In this document: positions 1-11,960 of the stretch, one piece after another
How positions within the stretch are numbered: position 1 is the first letter of the stretch
Layout of the letters: the number at the start of each line of letters is the position of its first letter
Source of the DNA: Mayamaea pseudoterrestris
Lineage: Eukaryota
Assembly: GCA_027923505.1 (NCBI GenBank)
Contig: BROI01000034.1
Location: 62,001-126,000 of the forward strand
Direction of reading: 5' to 3'
DNA length: 64,000 bases
The notes under the pieces: generated by a model
Database searches by the model: none
Told to the model about the DNA's origin: nothing
What the model saw: the letters and a program-made list of their open reading frames with translations, nothing else
Position numbers and translations under genes: made by a program

Positions 1-3000
1 AGGTGTAGAAGCTATTACTATGCCCTGAGACTCCGCACATTTAACAACTGGTTGAATGTGCCAGCCCTGCTCCCTTTTTGGTTGCAGGGATCACCAGCAT
101 TGCCTGCTGAGCCCTCCAATATCTTTCATTTTATGTTTGTTGTCATGATGGGCCAATAAGTTGGTCAGTTGCACCTCAGTATCCATCACCATGGTACGCC
201 ACTGTTACACTGAGCCTACCAACAACTTGTTGGATCTGCCAGAGCTGCCAGCAGTGCTCCTCAAGTGGCAAGTGAGACTTCCAAAATGGCCTCCAGACCC
301 CAAAACACATCAAACATGGACTGTAACAGTGAATGGGACTCATAGACTTGTCCAGTTGGGGTGGAAGCCATCACTATGCCCTGACACTCGGCACATTCAA
401 CAACTGGTAGAATGTGCCAGCCCGGCTCCCTTTTTGGCTGCAGGGATCATCAGCAGTGCCTGCTGATCCCTCCAATTTATTTCAAATTGGTTTGTTGTCA
501 TGATGGGCCATAAGTTGGTCAGTTGCACCTCAGTATCCATAACCGTGTATGCCATGGTGAGACTCAGCTGATCCTACAACTTGTTGGATCTGCCAGCAGT
601 GCACCTCAAGTGGCAAGTGAGACTTTTATAATGGCCTGCAAACCCCATAATACAATGCACATGGACTGTTACAGTGAATGGGACTCAAAGACTTGTCCAT
701 TGGGGTGTGGAAGCCATCACTATGCCCTGAGACTCCGCACATTCAACAACTGGTTGAATGTGCCAGTCCTGCTCCCTTTGTGGCTACAGGGATCTTCAGC
801 ATTCCCTGCTTAACCCTCCAATATGTTTCAAATAGGTTTGTTGTCATTATGGGCCATAAGTTGATCAATTGCACCTCAGTATCCATCGCCATGTATGCAA
901 TGATGATTCTGAGCAGATAACAACTTGTTGGATCTGCCAGCAGTGTACCTCAAGTGGCAAGTGAGACTTCCAAAATGGCCTCCAGACCCCATAATACAAC
1001 GTACATGGACTGTAACAGTGAATGGGACTCAAAGACATGACCAATTGGGTGTGAAAGCCATCACTATGCCCTGAGACTCTGCACATTCAACAACTGGTTA
1101 AATGTGCCAGCCCTGCTCCTTTTGTGGCTGCAAGGATCATCAGCATTGCTCGCTGAGCCCTCCAATATAATTCAAATAGGTTTGTTGTCATGATGGGCCA
1201 TAAGTTGGTCAATTGCACCTCAGTATCCATAACCGTGTATGCCATGGTGAGACTCAGCCGATCCTACAACTTGTTGGATCTGCCAGCAGTGCACCTCAAG
1301 TGGCAAGTGAGACTTTTATAATGGCCTGCAAACCCCATAATACAATGCACATGGACTGTTACAGTGAATGGGACTCAAAGACTTGTCCATTGGGGTGTGG
1401 AAGCCATCACTATGCCCTGAGACTCCGCACATTCAACAACTGGTTGAATGTGCCAGCCATGCTCCCTTTTGGCTGCAGGGATCATCAGCATTGCCTGCTG
1501 AGCCCTCCCAATCCTTTTCATATCATGTTTGTTGTCATGGTGGGCCATAAGTTGGTCAGTTGCACCTCCGTATCCTTCACCATGTATGGTGAGACTGAGC
1601 AAATCCAACAACTTGTTGGATCTGCCAGTGGTGCACTTCAAATGGCAAGTGAGACTTCCAAAATGGCCTGGAGACCCCATAATACAACTCACTTGGACTG
1701 TAACAGTGAATGGGACTCAAAGACATGACCAATTGGGTGCGAAAGCCATCACTATACCCTGAGACTCAACACATTCAACAACTGGTTGAATGTGCCAGCC
1801 CTGCTCCTTTTGTGGCTGCAGGGATCATCAGCATTGCTCGCTGAGCCCTCCAATATAATGCAAATAGGTTTGTTGTCATGATGGGCCATAAGTTGGTCAA
1901 TTGCACCTCAGTATCCATAACCGTGTATGCCATGGTGAGACTCAGCTGATCCTACAACTTGTTGGATCTGCCAGCAGTGCACCTCAAGTGGCAAGTGAGA
2001 CTTCCAAAATGGCCTGCAGACCCCATAATACAACTAACATGGTCTGTTACAGTGAATTGGACTCAAAGACTTGTCCATTGGGGTGTGGAAGCCATCACTA
2101 TGCCCTGAGACTCCGCACATTCAACAACTGGTTGAATGTGCCAGTCCTGCTCCCTTTGTGGCTACAGGGATCATCAGCATTGCCTGCTAAACCCTCCAAT
2201 ATGTTTCAAATAGGTTTGTTGTCATTATGGGCCATAAGTTGGTCAATTGCACCTCAATATCCATCACCGTGTATGCCATGATGATTCTGAGCAGATAACA
2301 ACTTGTTGGATCTGCTAGCGGTGCACCATTAGTGCCAAGGGAGACTTCTAAAATGACCGAACCCAAAAACAACAAAAATGAACGTGAACAGTGAAGGGGA
2401 CTCATAGACTTGTCCTTTGGGGTGTGGAAGCCATCACTTTTATGCCCTGAGACTCCGCACATTCAACAACTGGTTGGATGTGCCAGCCATGCTCTCTTTG
2501 TGGCAGCATGAATCATCAGCATTGCCTGCTGAGCCCTCCAATATCTTTCATATTATGTTTGTTGTCATGATGGGCCAATAAGTTGGTCAGTTGCAACTCA
2601 GTATCCATAATGCCATGATGATTCTGAGCAGATAACAACTTGTTGGATCTGCCAGCAGTGCCCCTCAAGTGGCAAGTGAGACTTCCAAAATGGCCTCCAG
2701 ACCCCATAATACAACGTACATGGACTGTAACAGTGAATGGGACTCAAAGACATGACCAATTGGGTGTGGAAGCCATCACAATGCCCTGAGACGCAGCACA
2801 TTCAACAACTGGTTGAATGTGCCAGCCCTGCTCCTTTGTGGCTGCAGGGATCATCAGCATTGCTCGCTGAGCCATCCAATATAATTCAAATAGGTTTGTT
2901 GTCATGATGGGCCATTAGTTGGTCAATTGCACCTCAGTATCCATAACCATGTATGCCATGGTGAGACTCAGCCGATCCTACAACTTGTTGGATCTGCCAG

Positions 3001-6000
3001 CATTACACCTAAGTGGCAAGTGAGACTTCCAAAATGGCCTGCAGACCCCATAATACAACAAACATGGACTGTAACAGTGAATGGGACTCAAAGACTTGTC
3101 CATTGGGGTGTGGAAGCCATCACTATGCCCTGAGACTCAGCACATTCAACAACTGGTTGAATGTGCCAGCCCTGCTCCCTTTAAGGCTACAGGGATCATC
3201 AGCATTGCCTGCTGAGCCCCCTAATATCTTTCATATTATGTTTGTTGTCATGATGGGCCAATAAGGTGGTCAGTTGCAACTCAGTATCCATCACCATGTA
3301 TGCCATGGTGAGACTGAGCAAATCCAACAACTTGTTGGATCTGCCAGCAGTGCACCTCAAGTGGCAAGTGAGACTTCCAAAATGGCCTCCAGACCCCATA
3401 ATACAACGTACATGGACTGTAACAGTGAATGGGACTCAAAGACATGACCAATTGGGTGTGGAAGCCATCACAATGCCCTGAGACTCAGCACATTCAACAA
3501 CTAGTTGAATGTGCCAGCCCTGCTCCTTTTGTGGCTGCAGGGATCATCAGCATTGCTCGCTGAGCCCTCCAATATAATTCAAATAGGTTTGTTGTCATGA
3601 TGGGCCATAAGTTGGTCAATTGCACCTCAGTATCCATAACCGTGTATGCCATGGTGAGACTCAGCCGATCCTACAACTTGTTGGATCTGCCAGCAGTGCA
3701 CCTAAGTGGCAAGTGAGACTTCTTAAATGGCCTGCAGACCCCATAATACAACAAACATGGACTGTAACAGTGAATGGGACTCAAAGACGTTTTCTCTTAG
3801 GTGCGAAAGCCATCACTATGCACTAAGACTCCGCACATTCAACAACTGGTTAAATGTGCCAGCCCTGCTCCTTTATTTGCTGCAGGGATCATCAGCATTG
3901 CCTGCTGAGCCCTCCCAATCCTTTTCATATCATGTTTGTTGTCATGATGGGCCATAAGATGGTCAGTTGCACCTCAGTATCCATCACCATGTATCCAATG
4001 GTGAGACTGAGCCGACCCCACGACTTGTTGGATCTGCCAGCGGTGCACCTCAAGTGGCAAACGAGACTTAAAAATTGTCTCCAGACCCCATAATACAACG
4101 CACATGGACTGTAACAGTGAATGGGACTCATCAACTTGTTCTTTTGGGTGCGGAAGCCATCACTATGCCCTGAGACTCTGCACATTCAACAACTGGTTGA
4201 AGGTGCCAGCCCTGCCCCCTTTTTCGCTGCAGGGATCATCAGCATTGCCTGCTGAGCCCTCCAATATCTTTCATATCATGTTTGTTGTCATGATGGGCCA
4301 TAAGTTGGTCAGTTGCACCTCAGTATCCATCACCGTGTATGCCATGGTGAGACTCAGCCGACCCTACAACTTATTGGTTCTGCCAGCAGTGCACCTCAAG
4401 TGGCAAGTGAGACTTCCAAAATGGCCTGCAGACCCCATAATACAACAAACATGGACTGTAACAGTGAATGGGACTCATAGACTTGTCCATTGGGGTGTGG
4501 AAGCCATCACTATGCCCTGAGACTCCGCACATTCAACAACTGGTTGAATGTGCCAGCCCTGCTCCCTTTGTGGCTGCAGGGATCATCAGCATTGCCTGCT
4601 GAGCCCTCCAATATATTAAAAATAGGTTGGTTGTCATGATGGGCCATGAGTTGGTCAGTTGCACCTCAGTATCCTTCGCCATGTATGCCACGGTGAGACT
4701 GAGCAGATCCAACAACTTGTTGGATCTGCCAGTGGTGCACCTCAAGTGGCAAGTGAGACTTCCAAAATGGCCTGCAAACCCCATAATACAACAAATATGG
4801 ACTGTAACAGAGAATGGGACTCATAGACTTGTTCTTTTGGGTGTAGTGGCCATCACTATGCCCTGAGACTCCGCACATTCAACAACTAGTTGAATGTGCC
4901 AGCCCTGCTCCCTTTGTGGCTACAGGGATCATCAGCATTGCCTGCTGAGCCCTCCAATATCTTTCATATCATATTTGTTGTCATGACGGGCCATAAGATG
5001 GTCAGTTGCACCTCGGTATCCATCACCATGTATGCCATGGCGAGACTGAGCTGACCCTACAACTTGTTGGATCTGCCAGTGGTGCACCTCAAGTGGCAAG
5101 TGAGACTTCCAAAATGGCCTCCAGACCCCATAATACAACCAACGGGGACTGTAACAGTGAATGGGACTCATAGACTTTTTCTTTTGGGTTTGGAAGCCAT
5201 AACTATGCCCTGAGACTCAGCACATTCAACAACTGGTTAAATGTGCCAGCCCTGCTCCCTTTGTGGCTGCAGGGAGCATCCGCATTGCCTGCTGAGCCCT
5301 CCCATATATTGGAAATAGGCATGTTGTCATGATGGGCCATATGTTGGTCAGTTGCATCTCAGTAACCATCACAATGTATGCCATGGTGAGACTCCGCCAA
5401 CCCTACAACTTGTTGGATCTGCTAGTGGTGCACCTCAAGTGGCAAGCAAGACTTCTAAAATGGCCTGCAAACCCCATAATACAACAAACATGGACTTGAG
5501 CAGTGAATGGGACTCATAGACTTCTCCATTGAGGTGTAGAAGCTATTACTATGCCCTGAGACTCCGCACATTTAACAACTGGTTGAATGTGCCAGCCCTG
5601 CTCCCTTTTTGGTTGCAGGGATCACCAGCATTGCCTGCTGAGCCCTCCAATATCTTTCATTTTATGTTTGTTGTCATGATGGGCCAATAAGTTGGTCAGT
5701 TGCACCTCAGTATCCATCACCATGGTACGCCACTGTTACACTGAGCCTACCAACAACTTGTTGGATCTGCCAGCAGTGCACCTCAAGTGGCAAGTGAGAC
5801 TTCCAAAATGGCCTCCAGACCCCAAAACACATCAAACATGGTTGTAACAGTGAATGGGACTCATCAACTTGTCGAGTTGGGGTGGAAGCCATCACTATGC
5901 CCTGACACTCAGCACAATCAACAACTGGTTGAATGTGCCAGCCCTGCTCCCTTTTTGGCTGCAGGGATCATCAGCAGTGCCTGCTGATCCCTCCAATTTA

Positions 6001-9000
6001 TTTTAAATAGGTTTGTTGTCATGATGGGCCATAAGTTGGTCAGTTGCACCTCAGTATCCATAACCGTGTATGCCATGGTGAGACTCAGCTGATCCTACAA
6101 CTTGTTGGATCTGCCAGCAGTGCACCTCAAGTGGCAAGTGAGACTTTTATAATGGCCTGCAAACCCCATAATACAATGCACATGGACTGTTACAGTGAAT
6201 GGGACTCAAAGACTTGTCCATTGGGGTGTGGAAGCCATCACTATGCCCTGAGACTCCGCACATTCAACAACTGGTTGAATGTGCCAGCCATGCTCCCTTT
6301 GTGGCTACAGGGATCATCAGCATTGCCTGCTAAACCCTCCAATATGTTTCAAATAGGTTTGTTGTCATTATGGGCCATAAGTTGATCAATTGCACCTCAG
6401 TATCCATCGCCATGTATGCAATGATGATTCTGAGCAGATAACAACTTGTTGGATCTGCCAGCAGTGTACCTCAAGTGGCAAGTGAGACTTCCAAAATGGC
6501 CTCCAGACCCCATAATACAACGTACATGGACTGTAACAGTGAATGGGACTCAAAGACATGACCAATTGGGTGTGAAAGCCATCACTATGCCCTGAGACTC
6601 TGCACATTCAACAACTGGTTAAATGTGCCAGCCCTGCTCCTTTTGTGGCTGCAAGGATCATCAGCATTGCTCGCTGAGCCCTCCAATATAATTCAAATAG
6701 GTTTGTTGTCATGATGGGCCATAAGTTGGTCAATTGCACCTCAGTATCCATCACCGTGTATGCCATGGTGAGACTCAGCCGATCCTACAACTTGTTGGAT
6801 CTGCCAGCAGTGCACCTCAAGTGGCAAGTGAGACTTTTATAATGGCCTGCAAACCCCATAATACAATGCACATGGACTGTTACAGTGAATGGGACTCAAA
6901 GACTTGTCCATTGGGGTGTGGAAGCCATCACTATGCCCTGAGACTCCGCACATTCAACAACTGGTTGAATGTGCCAGCCATGCTCCCTTTTGGCTGCAGG
7001 GATCATCAGCATTGCCTGCTGAGCCCTCCCAATCCTTTTCATATCATGTTTGTTGTCATGGTGGGCCATAAGTTGGTCAGTTGCACCTCCGTATCCTTCA
7101 CCATGTATGGTGAGACTGAGCAAATCCAACAACTTGTTGGATCTGCCAGTGGTGCACTTCAAATGGCAAGTGAGACTTCCAAAATGGCCTGGAGACCCCA
7201 TAATACAACTCACTTGGACTGTAACAGTGAATGGGACTCAAAGACATGACCAATTGGGTGCGAAAGCCATCACTATACCCTGAGACTCAACACATTCAAC
7301 AACTGGTTGAATGTGCCAGCCCTGCTCCTTTTGTGGCTGCAGGGATCATCAGCATTGCTCGCTGAGCCCTCCAATATAATGCAAATAGGTTTGTTGTCAT
7401 GATGGGCCATAAGTTGGTCAATTGCACCTCAGTATCCATAACCGTGTATGCCATGGTGAGACTCAGCTGATCCTACAACTTGTTGGATCTGCCAGCAGTG
7501 CACCTCAAGTGGCAAGTGAGACTTCCAAAATGGCCTGCAGACCCCATAATACAACTAACATGGTCTGTTACAGTGAATTGGACTCAAAGACTTGTCCATT
7601 GGGGTGTGGAAGCCATCACTATGCCCTGAGACTCCGCACATTCAACAACTGGTTGAATGTTCCAGCCATGCTCCCTTTGTGGCTACAGGGATCATCAGCA
7701 TTGCCTGCTAAACCCTCCAATATGTTTCAAATAGGTTTGTTGTCATGATGGGCCATAAGTTGGTCAATTGCACCTCAATATCCATCACCGTGTATGCCAT
7801 GATGATTCTGAGCAGATAACAACTTGTTGGATCTGCTAGCGGTGCACCATTAGTGCCAAGGGAGACTTCTAAAATGACCTGCAGACCCCATAATACAACA
7901 AAAATGAACGTGAACAGTGAAGGGGACTCATAGACTTGTCCTTTGGGGTGTGGAAGCCATCACTTTTATGCCCTGAGACTCCGCACATTCAACAACTGGT
8001 TGGATGTGCCAGCCATGCTCTCTTTGTGGCAGCATGAATCATCAGCATTGCCTGCTGAGCCCTCCAATATCTTTCATATTATGTTTGTTGTCATGATGGG
8101 CCAATAAGTTGGTCAGTTGCAACTCAGTATCCATAATGCCATGATGATTCTGAGCAGATAACAACTTGTTGGATCTGCCAGCAGTGCCCCTCAAGTGGCA
8201 AGTGAGACTTCCAAAATGGCCTCCAGACCCCATAATACAACGTACATGGACTGTAACAGTGAATGGGACTCAAAGACATGACCAATTGGGTGTGGAAGCC
8301 ATCACAATGCCCTGAGACGCAGCACATTCAACAACTGGTTGAATGTGCCAGCCCTGCTCCTTTGTGGCTGCAGGGATCATCAGCATTGCTCGCTGAGCCA
8401 TCCAATATAATTCAAATAGGTTTGTTGTCATGATGGGCCATTAGTTGGTCAATTGCACCTCAGTATCCATAACCATGTATGCCATGGTGAGACTCAGCCG
8501 ATCCTACAACTTGTTGGATCTGCCAGCATTACACCTAAGTGGCAAGTGAGACTTCCAAAATGGCCTGCAGACCCCATAATACAACAAACATGGACTGTAA
8601 CAGTGAATGGGACTCAAAGACTTGTCCATTGGGGTGTGGAAGCCATCACTATGCCCTGAGACTCAGCACATTCAACAACTGGTTGAATGTGCCAGCCCTG
8701 CTCCCTTTAAGGCTACAGGGATCATCAGCATTGCCTGCTGAGCCCCCCAATATTTTTCATATTATGTTTGTTGTCATGATGGGCCAATAAGGTGGTCAGT
8801 TGCAACTCAGTATCCATCACCATGTATGCCATGGTGAGACTGAGCAAATCCAACAACTTGTTGGATCTGCCAGCAGTGCACCTCAAGTGGCAAGTGAGAC
8901 TTCCAAAATGGCCTCCAGACCCCATAATACAACGTACATGGACTGTAACAGTGAATGGGACTCAAAGACATGACCAATTGGGTGTGGAAGCCATCACAAT

Positions 9001-9850
9001 GCCCTGAGACTCAGCACATTCAACAACTGGTTGAATGTGCCAGCCCTGCTCCTTTTGTGGCTGCAGGGATCATCAGCATTGCTCGCTGAGCCCTCCAATA
9101 TAATTCAAATAGGTTTGTTGTCATGATGGGCCATAAGTTGGTCAATTGCACCTCAGTATCCATAACCGTGTATGCCATGGTGAGACTCAGCCGATCCTAC
9201 AACTTGTTGGATCTGCCAGCAGTGCACCTAAGTGGCAAGTGAGACTTCTTAAATGGCCTGCAGACCCCATAATACAACAAACATGGACTGTAACAGTGAA
9301 TGGGACTCAAAGACGTTTTCTCTTAGGTGCGAAAGCCATCACTATGCACTAAGACTCCGCACATTCAACAACTGGTTAAATGTGCCAGCCCTGCTCCTTT
9401 ATTTGCTGCAGGGATCATCAGCATTGCCTGCTGAGCCCTCCCAATCCTTTTCATATCATGTTTGTTGTCATGATGGGCCATAAGATGGTCAGTTGCACCT
9501 CAGTATCCATCACCATGTATCCAATGGTGAGACTGAGCCGACCCCACGACTTGTTGGATCTGCCAGCGGTGCACCTCAAGTGGCAAACGAGACTTAAAAA
9601 TTGTCTCCAGACCCCATAATACAACGCACATGGACTGTAACAGTGAATGGGACTCATCAACTTGTTCTTTTGGGTGCGGAAGCCATTACTATGCCCTGAG
9701 ACTCTGCACATTCAACAACTGGTTGAAGGTGCCAGCCCTGCCCCCTTTTTCGCTGCAGGGATCATCAGCATTGCCTGATGAGCCCTCCAATATCTTTCAT
9801 ATCATGTTTGTTGTCATGATGGGCCATAAGTTGGTCAGTTGCACCTCAGT
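1..9850. repeat. 16-monomer higher-order repeat (~5521-5531 bp): copy 1 at 1-5531, partial copy 2 at 5532-~9850
   Basis: AGGTGTAGAAGCTATTACTATGCC at 1 recurs at 5532. Near-identical ORF-track entries recur at +5521 (523/6044, 1213/6734) and +5526 (2516/8042, 4104/9630). Identity to copy 1 breaks down after ~9850. Confidence 0.95.
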
Positions 9851-11650
9851 ATCTATCACCGTGTATGCCATGATGAGACTCAGCCAACCCAACAACTTGT
9901 TGGATCTGCCAGCAGTGCACCTCAAGTGGCAAGTGAGACTTCCAAAATGGCCTCCAGACCCCATATTTCACAAACATGGACTGTAACAGTGAATGGGACT
10001 CAAAGACGTGTCCATTGGGGTGTAGAAGCCATTACTATGCCCTGAGACTCCGCACATTCAACCACTGGTTGAATGTGCCAGCCCTGCTCCTTTTGTGGCT
10101 GCAGGGATCATCAGCATTGCCTGCTGAGCCCTCCAATATAGTGCAAATAGGTTTGTTGTCATGATGGGCCATAAGTTGGTCAGTTGCACCTCAGTATCCT
10201 TCACCCTGTATGCCATGGTGAGACTGAGCAAATCCAACAACTAGTTGGATCTGCCAGATCTGCCAGATCTGCCAGCAGTGCACCTCAAGTGGCAAGTGAG
10301 ACTTTTAAAATGGCCTCTAAACCCCATAATCCAACTAACATGGACTGTAACAGTGAATGGGATTCATAGACTTGTTCATTGGGGTGTGGAAGCCATCACT
10401 ATGTCCTGAGAATCCGCACATTCAACAACTGGTTGAATGTGCCAGCCCTGCTCCCTTTTTGGTTGCAGGGATCATCAGCATTGCCTGCTGAGCCCTCCAA
10501 TATCTTTCATACTATATTTGTTGTCATGATGGGCCATAAGATGGTCAGTTGCACCTTGGTATCCATCACCATGTATGTCATTATGAGACTGAACCAACCC
10601 TACAACTTGTTGGATCTGCCAGCATTGCACCTCAAGTGGCAAGTGAGACTTCCAAAATGGCCTGCGAACCCCATAATACAACAAACATGGACTGTAACAG
10701 TGAATGGGACTCAAAGACATGACCAATTGGGTGTGGAAGCCATTACAATGCCCTGAGACTCAGCACATTCAACAACTGGTTGAATGTGCCAGCCCTGCTC
10801 CTTTTGTGGCTGCAGGGATCATCAGCATTGCTCGCTGAGCCCTCCAATATAATTCAAATAGGTTTGTTGTCATGATGGGCCATAAGTTGGTTAGTTGCAC
10901 CTCAGTATCCATCACCGTGTATGCCATGGTGAGACTCAGCCGACCCTACAACTTGTTGGATCTGCCAGCGGTGCACCTCAAGTGGCAAGTGAGACTTTCA
11001 AAATGGCCTGCAGACCCCATAATACAACAAACATGGACTGTAACAGTGAATTTGACTCAAAGACTTGTTCTTTTAGGTGTGAAAGCCATCACTATGCCCT
11101 AAGACTCCACACATTCAACAACTGGTTGAATGTGCCAGCCCTGCTCCCTTGTGGCTGCAGGGATCATCAGCATTGCCTGCTGAGCCCTCCCAATCCTTTT
11201 CATATCATGTTTGTTGTCATGATGGGCCATAGTTGGTCAGTTGCACCTCAGTATCCATCACCATGTACGCCATGGTGAGACTGAGCAGATCCAACAACTT
11301 GTTGGATCTGCCAGCAGTGCACCTCAAGTGGCAAGTGAGACTTCCAAAATGGCCTGCAGACCCCATAATACAATGCACATGGACTGTAACAGTGAATGGG
11401 ACTCAAAAACTTGTCCATTGGGGTGTGGAAGCCATCATCATGCTTTAAGACTCCGCACATTCAACAACTGGTTGAATGTGCTTTCCCTGCTCCCTTTGTG
11501 GTGCAGGGATCATCAGCACTGCTTGCTGAGCCATCCCAATCCGTTTCATATCATGTTTGTTGTCATGATGGGCCATAAGTTGGTCAGTAGCACCTCAGTA
11601 TCCATCACCATGATGTATGCCACAGTGACGAGCAGATCCAACAACTTGGA
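1..11650. repeat. Tandem satellite array, ~345-346 bp monomer, ~34 copies, open at the left window edge
   Basis: The landmark GGCCATAAGTTGGTCAGTTGCACCTCAGTATCC recurs about every 345 bp (e.g. ~506, 852, 1196, 1543, 1885 ... 11571). Frequent 1-bp indels between copies indicate non-coding DNA. Confidence 0.98.
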
Positions 11651-11719
11651 ACTTTAAGAGGTCTCACCAATGGTATTGCAGCATCATGAGGCACCAGCCA
11701 GGCCAACCTTCTTGTAGAG

Positions 11720-11825
11720 CAGTACGACGTACAAGGAGTACATACGGGACTGTACTCTTTACGTCGCATACTCGTACATACATGAAAGGTATGTGAGTAC
11801 CTGTACGATTCGTTTTTTGGTACCG
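11720..11825. promoter_or_regulatory. GTAC-rich, hairpin-forming segment between the satellite and the first gene
   Basis: Eight GTAC tetramers in ~105 bp. Inverted repeats CGACGTA..GAGTACA/TGTACTC..TACGTCG and TCGTACA..TGTACGA. Function is inferred. Confidence 0.35.
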
Positions 11826-11960
11826 GTAAGAGGTGGAGAAGACTTCACCTGTTAACTCGTGATCGATGCGATCGATGCCTCGGCGACCCAAGCACACAAT
11901 GACCATGAGATTGTTTCGCCGACTGCATAGTTTGCGACGCCTTTTCTTAAGTAGTTCGCC

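Noticed and set aside
4557..4602. Minus-strand CTGATGA followed by a stem in nearly every monomer, suggesting a hammerhead ribozyme or retrozyme satellite
   Set aside because: No GAAA follows the putative stem II (it reads CTGGC), there is no G-C closing pair, and stems I and III are not credible.
1..11650. CRISPR-like reading of regularly spaced hairpins
   Set aside because: The intervening sequences are themselves repeated rather than unique spacers, there are no cas genes, and the context is eukaryotic.
161..11657. Dozens of repeated 60-170 aa ORFs in the satellite
   Set aside because: They occur in all frames on both strands, are broken by frequent 1-bp indels and resemble no protein family, so they are by-products of the repeat.
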